Assembly: GCA_963843795.1 (NCBI GenBank)
Contig: CAWJLW010000006.1
Location: forward strand, 1,240,001-1,304,000
Length of the DNA stretch: 64,000 nucleotides
Direction of reading: 5' to 3'
Origin: an uncultured bacterium
GTDB lineage: Bacteria > Armatimonadota > Abditibacteriia > Abditibacteriales > Abditibacteriaceae
Shown here piece after piece: positions 44,128 through 53,937 of the stretch (the stretch's first letter is position 1; each line of letters begins with the position of its first letter). The notes under the pieces are model-generated. The model saw only the letters and a program-made list of their open reading frames with translations, made no database searches and was not told where the DNA came from. A program made the position numbers and the translations under genes.

Positions 44128-45224
44128 GTGAATCGGTTCCACTTTGTCTTGTCGCGGGCCACATTTGCCTCGACATCATTCCGCAATTAGCCGCGCGTCA
44201 TGGTGAAAATTTGGGCCTGGTGCCAGGCAAGTTGGTCAATGTTGGTGCGGCGCAACTGGCGACGGGCGGCGTGGTTTCCAACACCGGTTTAGCGCTGTAT
44301 CGACTGGGCGCACCGGTGCGTTTGCTGGGCAAAGTCGGCGACGACGAATTAGGTCATATCATTCTGCACATTTTGAGCGCCCACAATGAAATACTGGCGC
44401 GCGACATGATTTGCGCGCGTGACGAATCGAGTTCCTACACTTTAGTTTTTAGCCCGCCCGATGTAGACCGAATGTTTCTGCATCATTCGGGTGCCAACGA
44501 CACCTTTTGCGCCGCCGATGTGCCCGATGAAATGATGCAAGACGCCGCATTACTGCATTTTGGCTATCCGCCGCTGATGAAGGCGATGCGCGAAAACGGT
44601 GGCGCCGAATTAGAAACTTTGTTTCGGCGCGCGAAAGCGCAATCTCTTACCACATCGCTCGATATGACTTTGCCCGATCCCAACGCGGAATCGGTCGATT
44701 GGCCCGCGCTTTTAGCACGCGTGCTGCCGCACGTCGATCTGTTTCTGCCCTCGTTGGATGAGCTGGTGTGGATGATTGACCGCGAAAATTTCGGACGCTT
44801 AAACAATGGAATTCCTGATGCTGCTTGGCTGCAAGTACTTGCAGAGCGCGTTTTGGAATTGGGGGCGGCCATTGTAGTCATCAAACTGGGCGCACGCGGT
44901 TTGTATGCGCGAGTTAGCGAAAATGCAGCGCGTTTGGAGCGAATGGGACGTGGGGCGCCGCGCGATGTGGAAGCATGGCGCGGGCGTGAAAGGCGAATCG
45001 CGCCATTTGAAATCGAAGTCGCGGGCACGACCGGCGCGGGTGATGCGGCAATTGCCGGTTTTCTTTTCGGCTTATTGAACGGTTTTTCTTTACAGCAAAC
45101 TTTGGTCGCAGCAGCGGCGAGTGGCGCGTGTTGTTGCGAATTTTCGGATGCAACGACGGGCGTGCGGTCGTGGCCGGAAATCGAGGCGCGTTTGCAAAAC
45201 GGTTGGGCACAACAAGCGATTTGA
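44124..45224 (+). CDS. PfkB-family carbohydrate kinase
   Basis: GGVVSNTG, LGKVGDDELG and GTTGAGDA. Confidence 0.9.
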   Translation: MSESVPLCLVAGHICLDIIPQLAARHGENLGLVPGKLVNVGAAQLATGGVVSNTGLALYRLGAPVRLLGKVGDDELGHIILHILSAHNEILARDMICARDESSSYTLVFSPPDVDRMFLHHSGANDTFCAADVPDEMMQDAALLHFGYPPLMKAMRENGGAELETLFRRAKAQSLTTSLDMTLPDPNAESVDWPALLARVLPHVDLFLPSLDELVWMIDRENFGRLNNGIPDAAWLQVLAERVLELGAAIVVIKLGARGLYARVSENAARLERMGRGAPRDVEAWRGRERRIAPFEIEVAGTTGAGDAAIAGFLFGLLNGFSLQQTLVAAAASGACCCEFSDATTGVRSWPEIEARLQNGWAQQAI

Positions 45225-45253
45225 CAGGGTGTAAGTACTTGCAATGCGTGTGG

Positions 45254-45744
45254 CTACTCGACGTAATTATCGACATCATGCTGACGCAGCGCGGAAAGCA
45301 CAATTCGGCCCATCAGCTTGACGGTGTTGATAATTTGAAACGCACTGATGCCGCGCGTGTAAGGCAGATAGTAATCGGCGACCAACATTTCGCCTTCGGA
45401 AACCGCAAAGCGCACCAGAACCATATCGGCATTGATGGTGTTGACCAGACGAATTTTTTCAACTTCGGTCACTTCCTCGCGCAGACGATACAGTGTCACC
45501 AGACGCAACATTTTGGCGCCTTCGTGAAGAGAAAGGAAAATGCGCGGCCCCGCATCCGAAGCGATGCGCAAGTCGCTATCATCGTCTAAATCGCACTCCA
45601 TATAGGCGGCATCGAACACTTCGTGCAAGTGTTCAATGGTCACTTCCTCCTCGCCCAGGAACTTCATGGCGGCTTTCTCCTCGCCCGCTTTCATTTCCGC
45701 ATCGACATCAAGCCCAGATGCTGCCAAAAATCGCGCTCGTCCAT
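45254..45744 (-). CDS. YbjN-like domain protein; probable start at 45744 with a homopolymer slip at 45726-45730
   Basis: LDDDSDLRI..LVNTINADMVLVRF..DYYL pattern; one extra T restores MDERDFLAASGLDVDAEMK. Confidence 0.6.
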
Positions 45745-45764
45745 AAGTTTTTGCCCTTTGAAAT

Positions 45765-45868
45765 CACCGCAAAGAACGCAAAGGACGCAAAGATTTTGAA
45801 AAGGTATTTCTTTTTTCTGGCAAGTACTTGCAAAGCGCAATTTATAAAACTTTGCGCTCATTGCGGTG
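45765..45868. repeat. Imperfect inverted-repeat element (CGCAAAG-type arms) carrying GCAAGTACTTGC
   Basis: CACCGCAAAGAACGCAAAGGACGCAAAG ... CTTTGCGCTCATTGCGGTG. Confidence 0.65.
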
Positions 45869-45871
45869 TAT

Positions 45872-47719
45872 TCATTTTGTGTCTACTGGTTTTTTGCGCT
45901 CGCCAAATAGCCAGGTGTGAAGCGCTAGCATCATAAAACGTGGCACATACCCCATGCGTTTCCAGCGTGAAGGATCGATCCAAACGCGATACAGCCATTC
46001 CATGCCCAAGCGTTGCACGCGCTCGGGCGCGCGATTGAATTTGCCCGAGTAAACATCGAAGCTGCCACCGACACCGATGGCAACTGGAACGTTCATGCGT
46101 TCCAACTGCGCCGCGATAAATTTCTCCTGCATGGGAATTCCCATTGCTACGAAAAGTACGTCTGGCGCGGCGCGACGAATTTCGTCCGCCATTTTCGCAT
46201 CGGCTTCTTCGACGCTTAAACCCGCTTCTTTGCCGTCGCGTCGCCAAAATCCATGATAGGTGGCGACGACATTAAGCCCCGGATATTTCTGGGTCAGGTT
46301 GGCGGCTGCAGTGGCTGCGACGCCGGGTTCGGAACCCAGAATACAAATGCGGTAACCCTTTTCGGCAGCGCGGCTGCAAATGCCGGTCACCATATCAACA
46401 CCGGTCACGCGCTCGTATATTGGTAAATTCATCAAGCGGATACCCCAGATCACGCCGTAGCCATCGGGCGTAATCAGTGCGGCATTCTGCAGAATTTGAG
46501 CATATTCGGGATCGGCGCGCGCTGTTAGAATCGCGTTGGCGTCGCTGGTAGCGACGTGATGTGGTTTGCGCGATGCGATAAATTCATCGACTTTGTCCAG
46601 CGCCTCATCCATCGTGACTGCGCTAATTTTCACTCCGAAAGCTTCAACGCTTTCCGGCACACGCTCGCTGGCGCCGCGCCGCATTAAAATGCGTGTGACC
46701 GAAAGAAAAGCGATGAAAAGCGTGCTTAATAGCGCGGCCAAAAACAGCAGGCGAAGCGGCAAATACCACGCTTTAGTTGCGACGACGAGTACGCCAACTC
46801 CGCACAGGCTGGCAGCGAACACAAGATATAAAAGGCTCACTTTGGCGGGCGAAAAACCGCGTTCCAGTAAGGCTTCGTGCAAGCGCGTTCGCTTTTCTTG
46901 CCACTTGACGTTTTGACCGCGTCGCGCCGCGCGCAGATGATAAAACGAAACGTCCAGAACCGGCAGACCAAACACCAGCAGCAGCAAAGCCATGATGGTG
47001 AAAGCGAGATATTTGGAAAGGCTGGCGACTGCGATTTGCGCCATCAAAAAACCCATCGCAAAGCTGGCGGGCCAACCCAGATTAAATTCGCGCGTTTTGA
47101 GGCCCATCAGCAAAGACGCCAGACCGCTGCCAGTCAGAGCCGCGCACGCCATGCGGCCAAAAGCCGGATCGACTTCCCAGCCGCTGGCCGGGCTTTGCTG
47201 CGCGCCCAGATAATCGGCAGCTAAAAGCGTCAGCGCCACGATGCCCAGATAACCGCCGGTGACCAGTGGCGTGCGATTAAGCGAAGCTGTCATGCGCGAA
47301 ATCGACCACACAAAGAAAACCGTAAACGCCGTAGTGCCAGCGCCCAGACTGACCCATTGCTGAGAAAATGGGAAGCGCATTCCGGTAATGGCGGGCGCAC
47401 CAAACCATTTGATAACGCCAATGGCCGCTATCACAATCAAAACGTCGGCGATCCAGGATGGCCAGCGCCGCGAACCGCGTAACGCGAGCAAAACGTAAAG
47501 CGCAGCGCACACGGCAAGTAATTGCAAGGCAAAATCGGGCGCGATTTGGTTGACCGGACGCGCGGTGGTGAGAAAGCCCACAGCGGCTGTCAACAAAGTC
47601 ACAAAGACGAAAGCAAAGCCTTCGCGGCGAAAGCCGGTGCGGCGACGGTCGCGCACCGGAAATAGGCGCACGCCGAACAAAAATAGAATGGCGGCGGCGG
47701 CCATAGTAGCGAAAATCAT
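45872..47719 (-). CDS. Fusion of a degenerate WecA/MraY-like membrane domain and a WecG/TagA/CpsF glycosyltransferase
   Basis: C-terminal PDGYGV, RVTGVD, LFVAMGIPMQE, GVGGSFD and RLGMEWLYR; multi-TM N-terminus with GLPVLD and LHEALL. Confidence 0.8.
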   Translation of the reverse strand: MIFATMAAAAILFLFGVRLFPVRDRRRTGFRREGFAFVFVTLLTAAVGFLTTARPVNQIAPDFALQLLAVCAALYVLLALRGSRRWPSWIADVLIVIAAIGVIKWFGAPAITGMRFPFSQQWVSLGAGTTAFTVFFVWSISRMTASLNRTPLVTGGYLGIVALTLLAADYLGAQQSPASGWEVDPAFGRMACAALTGSGLASLLMGLKTREFNLGWPASFAMGFLMAQIAVASLSKYLAFTIMALLLLVFGLPVLDVSFYHLRAARRGQNVKWQEKRTRLHEALLERGFSPAKVSLLYLVFAASLCGVGVLVVATKAWYLPLRLLFLAALLSTLFIAFLSVTRILMRRGASERVPESVEAFGVKISAVTMDEALDKVDEFIASRKPHHVATSDANAILTARADPEYAQILQNAALITPDGYGVIWGIRLMNLPIYERVTGVDMVTGICSRAAEKGYRICILGSEPGVAATAAANLTQKYPGLNVVATYHGFWRRDGKEAGLSVEEADAKMADEIRRAAPDVLFVAMGIPMQEKFIAAQLERMNVPVAIGVGGSFDVYSGKFNRAPERVQRLGMEWLYRVWIDPSRWKRMGYVPRFMMLALHTWLFGERKKPVDTK

Positions 47720-48149
47720 GATTTGTTCCAGCCATCACACTGCAAATCTTCCTCGTCAACGTGGCAGGTAATAACTGGCGTAAAAATAGTTGCGAAGCAC
47801 TCACGAGGCTTCTGGCAGTGATGAAGACCAGTGTGCGTCCATCTCACCGCAGACTATGAGACAGCCGAAAACCTCTAAAATTCTCGGCAAAAATGAGACC
47901 ATTTGGATTCTATGTGTGAGTTCGGCAGTCTGTGATGATTTGTAATAGTGACGAAATATGCCTCGCCTATTATATCAAATGGTTCCAAAACTCTGTAATG
48001 TCAGTATTGCTGTTCAGGGCAAGTAATTGCAGAACGCCAACAGTGAGGTTTTCGTCATTTTTGACAAATAATTCAATAACGTGCCCAAAAATGCGCTTTT
48101 TGCTGTCAGAATAAGAAGTGTTGAGGGTATCCTTAATAAGGTATGTCGG

Positions 48150-49460
48150 ATGATGAGTTTTCTTATGCTTCATGTCATTTGTAAATCGCACCGCAACCAT
48201 TTGCGTGCTGGAACCGCCGAGCCGCAAAAAGTTTTCACCATGCTGCGTCTGCGGCCCGATGGCACGCTTTCGCCCTTGCGACCGCCGCTCGCTTTCGTTT
48301 TGCTCATCGATACCAGCACCTCAATGCGTTCCTACAGCGGCGAGTCCAAGCTCGACCAGGCTATCGCCGCCGCTCACGCTCTTATAGATGATCCGCAACT
48401 TACGCCCAATGATGCCATCGCCATAATCGGTTTTGATGGCGACGAACATCTGGTGTGGCCGCTTTCCCCTGTCGTTGATCGTTTGTCTGCTCATCAGGCT
48501 ATCGAAGGTTTGCGCAACTTCAAAGGTCGAACGCGCATGGGGCGCGGCCTGCAATGCGCTTTGGGCCAACTGCAAAACGCTCATCCCAACGCCGCTCGCC
48601 GCGTGGTTTTGCTGACCGACGGTCAGACCGAAGACGAACCCGATTGCCATCGTTTATCTGCGCAACTGGCGCAAATGAACGCGCCGCTCATCGCGATGGG
48701 CGTTGGCGTTTCTTACAACGAAGAACTTTTGCGCGACATGGCCGAACACGCGACCGGTCGGCCTTATCATCTCGATGCGATGGAGCAGTGGAACATGCTG
48801 CTGGGCATTGAAATGCGCGCTTCATCGCGCGAAGTTTTGCTCGATGTGACGTGTCAATTCGGTGGCGTGCGCGGCGTGACTTTAGACAGTTGCGCGCGCG
48901 TATATCCTTCGCTTTCGGCCTTGGAAATGGGGCCGCAAGGTTTACGACTGGGCAACTTGAACGCCGACGATGACACGGTTTTCCTGTTTGAATGGAGCGT
49001 TGGCGGCTGGGAGCGCCCGCCCGTTCGTGCCCGTTTGGCGCAATTGTCGCTGAGTGGTACGGCGTGCGACGGTCGTCCACTACAAGTTCCGCCGCAGGAA
49101 CTGATTCTTGATTTTACGCGCGATGAAGCTTTGACAGTTCAAGTCGATAGCGAAGTTCTAGGCTATGTCCAACAAAAAAGTTTGGATCGCGCTCTGCAAC
49201 AGGCCGGACGCGAGGAAGGCGCGCGGGCGAGCGGCAGTTTGCAGCAAGCGCTCGCCATGTCGAAACGTTTGCACAATCCCTCTGTTACTCAAATTGTCGA
49301 AAATGCTTTGAGTGAAGTGCAGAAAACCGGTAAATTATCGCCCGGCACGCGTAAATCGGTGCTGCTGAAACCGCGCACACAAACGATTAAAATCGGCGGC
49401 AATGGCGCGGGAGGCCTGGTGCCCGACGATGAAGCGATTCGGCGCATGACCGGCGCTTAA
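48150..49460 (+). CDS. von Willebrand factor A domain protein
   Basis: MIDAS residues LIDTSTSM, GRT and LLTDGQT; GVGVSYNEELL; start uncertain (48150 or 48165). Confidence 0.88.
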   Translation: MMSFLMLHVICKSHRNHLRAGTAEPQKVFTMLRLRPDGTLSPLRPPLAFVLLIDTSTSMRSYSGESKLDQAIAAAHALIDDPQLTPNDAIAIIGFDGDEHLVWPLSPVVDRLSAHQAIEGLRNFKGRTRMGRGLQCALGQLQNAHPNAARRVVLLTDGQTEDEPDCHRLSAQLAQMNAPLIAMGVGVSYNEELLRDMAEHATGRPYHLDAMEQWNMLLGIEMRASSREVLLDVTCQFGGVRGVTLDSCARVYPSLSALEMGPQGLRLGNLNADDDTVFLFEWSVGGWERPPVRARLAQLSLSGTACDGRPLQVPPQELILDFTRDEALTVQVDSEVLGYVQQKSLDRALQQAGREEGARASGSLQQALAMSKRLHNPSVTQIVENALSEVQKTGKLSPGTRKSVLLKPRTQTIKIGGNGAGGLVPDDEAIRRMTGA

Positions 49461-49533
49461 AACACGCTGCAAGTACTTGCCAATGCCGCTGCGCATAATA
49501 TGCGCCCAAAGATAACGAATTGAAGCTGAGCCT

Positions 49534-51987
49534 ATGAAACCCCTTACTTGTTCGTGGTGCGATGCGTCCAACATTGCGGGCGCAACGACATGTGCCAGTT
49601 GCGGCGCGCCCTTGCGCGAGGAAGGTGCGCGCTTGGTAATGGAATCGGTCGCGCGCGCCCTGCCGCCCGACACCGTGCTGCGCGATGGCGATTATAAAAT
49701 TCTTGCGATTTTAGGACAGGGCGGATTTGGCATCACTTATCGCGCCCTCAATTCTCGCCTGGGACGCGAAGTGGCGATCAAAGAATTTTTTCCGTCTTCG
49801 TGCGACCGCGAAGGTTTGTTAGTTTCCCCTTCGGGCGGCACGACAGCGATTGATTATGAAAATGGCAAAGCGGCGTTTTTGAGCGAGGCGCGCGTTTTGG
49901 CGCGCTTCGATCATCCGGCGATTGTGCGCGTGTTCGGCGCGTGGGAAGAAAATCGCAGCGCTTACATGGAAATGGAACTGCTGCGCGGCCAAACTCTGGC
50001 GCACGTTCTTGAACAGTATCGCCGCCTCAGCCCCAGCGATGTGCTGCGCTTGTTCGGCCCAATTTTGGATGCCCTGCAAGTACTTCATAACGAAGGTTAT
50101 CTTCACCGCGATATCAAGCCGCAAAACCTGATGTTGTGCGCTGTTGCGCAAGGCGCGACCGATGCTGAGGGTTGCGTGCGTCACGCGCGCGCCGTGCTGC
50201 TCGATTTTGGAGCCGCGCATCATGTCGGCAGCGGCGTGTCGCAAGCCTTATCGGTCGTGGTCACGCCCGGTTACGCTCCGTTGGAACAATACGCAGTGCG
50301 CGCTCGCCGCGGCGCTTTTACCGATATTTACGCCCTGTGCGCGACGTTGTATCACGCTTTGAGTGGGCAAGCACCGCCCCCTGCTTCAGATCGCGCCATC
50401 GGTCAAGCCTTGACGCCCTTAGAAGATTTGGTTTCGGGCTTACCCAAAGAATGGTATCGCGCCATCAACGCCGGTTTGCAAACCGAAATCGCCAAACGCC
50501 CGCAATCGGTGGGCGAATTGCGCGCGCTGATGGGCGGCCAAAATCCATCCGCGCCGCCACCGTATCAGCCTTATCAAAGCGCGCCCAAACCGTATGGTGT
50601 TGATGATTCATCGAAAATCCTGAATCCTTCGCAGCCTATTGGCGCGAACAATCCCAGTTCGCAAGCACAATCCCTCATCGCCCAATCGTTGATGAACGCC
50701 GTGCCCGACCCGAACGCGCCGCAAGTACTTGCAGCGCCCAATCTCAATCTGCAGCATCCGCTGAGCGCGTCGGGCACATCGCCCGCGTTGTCGCAGCCGG
50801 GCAGCGTGCAAATGGTGCCCCCACAGGCCTCGCAAAACGCCGGAAATCAGCCCAGCACCGCGCAGCAACACGCGCAAAATCAAACGCAGCTCAACAACGC
50901 GGCCAACGACGTGCGCATGCGCCAAATCGCCGCGCTGTTGTACTTGGGAAGTCCGATTGTGTTCGCGCTGCTGTGGTGGCTGTTTGCGGTTTCTCAAGGC
51001 CCGCACGCTGGCCCGCCGCCGATGCCGATGGAAGTCTCGCCACCAATTACGCGACCGTATGAGCTATCGGCTCCCATTAGCAAACCTTTCAGTCCGCTGC
51101 CCCCGATTACCAAGCCTTATAATTCGTCGCCGGTTGCGCCTATCACTTTATCTTCGCCGCCACAAATGCGGTTTTCGATGACCAAACCGTTCTTGGATGA
51201 CGAAGGCAAACGTTTGTCTGTGCCAAGTGCAAAACCAGAATGGTCCCTGAAAACCATTGACGGCAATATAGCCAGTTTCTCAAATTACGCCAACAAGAAA
51301 AGTTTGCAGTGGATTGTCGATGCTAGCGAAGACTTTCGCATTGATAGTTTTCAATTCGCGCCTGATAACAGTTGGGTAATGGCGCGTATCTATCGTAATC
51401 GTGCTGGAAACAGCAGTGAGCGTATCGTATTTTTTGACTTGCAAACTGGCAAACCTTTCAGCAATTGGAAGAACGAGCCTTCCCCTTATTACGGTAAAGA
51501 GTTCGATTTCACTATTTCGCCCAAAGGTCGTTATGTTGTGATTCGCAATGGAATTAACGCGTTGCGGATTTGGAATGTGCGGACGCACGATGATCTGATT
51601 TTACAGTGGGATTCTCCACACAGAAATTACTATCAGCCTTATCGTACGCATAATGAAGAGCGACTTTTAGGTAATCGCCTGACTTTTTCGCCCGATGAAA
51701 GCAAAATCGTTATGATAGATGGCCCAGAAATTTCTGAAAATCTCCGTTTGGGTGGATTTGGTGCAGATCCGCGCGATAAAATTCGTCTGATCGACTTGGT
51801 CACAAATCAGGTGCGCGAAGTAGCCAGTCCGCATAATATTTCCAGCTTAAAACTGCAGTTCACACCTGAGGTCAAGTCGGTCGCGTGGTTTGATAGCGGC
51901 ACTTATCAACTGGGGGACCTAAAATTGGCGGCGTTCACCAATCCTGTGCCGGTGCAAGTACTTGCAGGTGGCCCGCCAACGCCGTAA
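49534..51987 (+). CDS. Ser/Thr protein kinase with N-terminal Zn ribbon, TM helix and beta-propeller-like C-terminus
   Basis: CxxC..CxxC, LGQGGFGITY, AIKE, HRDIKPQN, DFG and GYAPLEQ. Confidence 0.9.
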   Translation: MKPLTCSWCDASNIAGATTCASCGAPLREEGARLVMESVARALPPDTVLRDGDYKILAILGQGGFGITYRALNSRLGREVAIKEFFPSSCDREGLLVSPSGGTTAIDYENGKAAFLSEARVLARFDHPAIVRVFGAWEENRSAYMEMELLRGQTLAHVLEQYRRLSPSDVLRLFGPILDALQVLHNEGYLHRDIKPQNLMLCAVAQGATDAEGCVRHARAVLLDFGAAHHVGSGVSQALSVVVTPGYAPLEQYAVRARRGAFTDIYALCATLYHALSGQAPPPASDRAIGQALTPLEDLVSGLPKEWYRAINAGLQTEIAKRPQSVGELRALMGGQNPSAPPPYQPYQSAPKPYGVDDSSKILNPSQPIGANNPSSQAQSLIAQSLMNAVPDPNAPQVLAAPNLNLQHPLSASGTSPALSQPGSVQMVPPQASQNAGNQPSTAQQHAQNQTQLNNAANDVRMRQIAALLYLGSPIVFALLWWLFAVSQGPHAGPPPMPMEVSPPITRPYELSAPISKPFSPLPPITKPYNSSPVAPITLSSPPQMRFSMTKPFLDDEGKRLSVPSAKPEWSLKTIDGNIASFSNYANKKSLQWIVDASEDFRIDSFQFAPDNSWVMARIYRNRAGNSSERIVFFDLQTGKPFSNWKNEPSPYYGKEFDFTISPKGRYVVIRNGINALRIWNVRTHDDLILQWDSPHRNYYQPYRTHNEERLLGNRLTFSPDESKIVMIDGPEISENLRLGGFGADPRDKIRLIDLVTNQVREVASPHNISSLKLQFTPEVKSVAWFDSGTYQLGDLKLAAFTNPVPVQVLAGGPPTP

Positions 51988-52009
51988 ACACTGCTTTTAC
52001 GCAAATTTC

Positions 52010-53704
52010 ATGGACGCCATCCTTTGTCCCGCTTGCCAAACACCCAACGCGCCTGAGGTTGGGTTTTGTCACGTCTGCGGCACGCCCTTCGACGAGATTG
52101 ACGCTGGTTTTGCGCCGCTGCCAGCGGGCACTTTGGTGCGCGACCAAACGCTGCGCATCGAAGAATTGTTGGGGCAGGGTGGTTTTGGCATTTCTTATCG
52201 CGCGACTGAAATTTCCAGCGGGCGCATCGTCGCGGTAAAGGAATTTTTTCCGTTTGGTTGCGTGCGCCAAAACGGACAGGTGCGCGCCTCGGCGCTGATG
52301 GACGCGGACGAATGGCGCGAAGCGCGCGACGATTTTGTGCGCGAAGCGCGGCTTTTGATGGGCCACGCGCATCCTAACATCGTGCAAGTACTTGAAGTGT
52401 GGCAAGAACGCGGCACGGCTCTACTGGCGATGGAATTTCTGCGTGGCGAAACAATGGCAGCACGCTTGAAACGCGGGCCGCTGCGCGAAAGCGAAGTGCT
52501 GCCATTGTTGGAACACATCGGCGGCGCGCTGCAAACTTTGCACGCCCATTCTCTCCTTCACCGCGACATCAAGCCCGACAACATCATGCTGTGCGAAAGC
52601 GATGATGAGCATAACAGCGAAAAGCGCGCGGTGTTGCTCGACTTCGGTGCGGCGCGTCATTTTCATGGTACGCGCACGCAAACCATGACGCAAATCGTGA
52701 CGCCGGGTTATGCGCCACTGGAACAATACGGCTCGCACGCGCGCTTTGGCACTTATACCGATTTGTATGCTCTGGGCGCGACAATGTATCACGCGCTAAC
52801 CGGACGTGCGCCCGCTTCGGCGACCGACCGCGCGATTGGCGAAACCGTACCCGCGCCCGAAAGCGTCAATCCGCATATCAGCCATCGCTTGAGCGACGCC
52901 GTGATGTGGGCGCTGCAAATGCGTGTCTATGAACGTCCCCAATCGGTCGCGCAATGGCTGGACGCTGTGCGTTACGGAGGTCGCGAAACCGTTCCGGAAA
53001 AGGCTGCGGTCGAAGAAATTGTCGATGACGAAACTGTTAATGCCGCGTCAGCAGGTGCTTCGCTATCTTCAGTGCGCTCGAACCAAAATCCGCCGCGCGC
53101 GAATAGCAGCAAACGCGATGAGATTTTGAACTTGCCTGTTTTGAGTTCCGACAGCGAAATCTGGTATCGCGTGAAAATTGACGCGTTGCGCGTGACGTGG
53201 CCCAAACGCTGCGCGTGCTGTCTTTCGCCGCTGGTAACAACTTTGGACGTGCGCACACCCAAAGTTTGGTGGCAAATTCCTTACTGCGCCGAATGTCGCG
53301 CGCACGCTGAAAAGGGTCAGAACATCGAAGGCGTCTCGACCGCAGCGGCCATCGCCAGCGGCGTGGTGGGACTGATGTTGTGCGCGGGCGAAGCCTTGCG
53401 GCCCGGATTAATGTTTTTGCTGGGCGGCCCCTTAGTTTTGCGGGGCGGAGCCGAGTTGTGGCTGCAAATTCAATCGTGGAACTATCAGAGACAGCACAAG
53501 GCGTGCGAAAATTTTCGGCCCGCCGCACGCTGTCTGGGCAAGGAAGGCGAGGCTTACGTATGGGAATTTCGCAATCGCGCTTACGCCGAAGAATTCTGCC
53601 GCGTCAATACACTGGCCGAGCGCACAAACAACGTTTATCGCCCTTTCGATAAAGAAGCTATTCAAGCCAAACGCGAACAGCGCGCCCGCCCGCCTTTGCT
53701 GTGA
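52010..53704 (+). CDS. Ser/Thr protein kinase with Zn ribbon and C-terminal Cys-rich/TM region
   Basis: CPAC..CHVC, LGQGGFG, AVKE, HRDIKPDN, DFG and YAPLEQ. Confidence 0.9.
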   Translation: MDAILCPACQTPNAPEVGFCHVCGTPFDEIDAGFAPLPAGTLVRDQTLRIEELLGQGGFGISYRATEISSGRIVAVKEFFPFGCVRQNGQVRASALMDADEWREARDDFVREARLLMGHAHPNIVQVLEVWQERGTALLAMEFLRGETMAARLKRGPLRESEVLPLLEHIGGALQTLHAHSLLHRDIKPDNIMLCESDDEHNSEKRAVLLDFGAARHFHGTRTQTMTQIVTPGYAPLEQYGSHARFGTYTDLYALGATMYHALTGRAPASATDRAIGETVPAPESVNPHISHRLSDAVMWALQMRVYERPQSVAQWLDAVRYGGRETVPEKAAVEEIVDDETVNAASAGASLSSVRSNQNPPRANSSKRDEILNLPVLSSDSEIWYRVKIDALRVTWPKRCACCLSPLVTTLDVRTPKVWWQIPYCAECRAHAEKGQNIEGVSTAAAIASGVVGLMLCAGEALRPGLMFLLGGPLVLRGGAELWLQIQSWNYQRQHKACENFRPAARCLGKEGEAYVWEFRNRAYAEEFCRVNTLAERTNNVYRPFDKEAIQAKREQRARPPLL

Positions 53705-53937
53705 AACTGCTGTGATACGCAGTGCAAGTACTTGCGGCTCGCTTCGTAATCCATAATGCAATTATGCACCCGTTGCTGCATAAGCCACCATCCAAAGGTT
53801 CTGACTTTGAACGTTGTTCGGTAGAGCGCGGATCTTGTGATTTTGTTGGGATAAATGCAATTATGCGGTATGGCAAGTACTTGCCCTGCTGGCAAATTTT
53901 GACCCGCACGCTGTGCCGCGTCACACTGTACCCAGAC

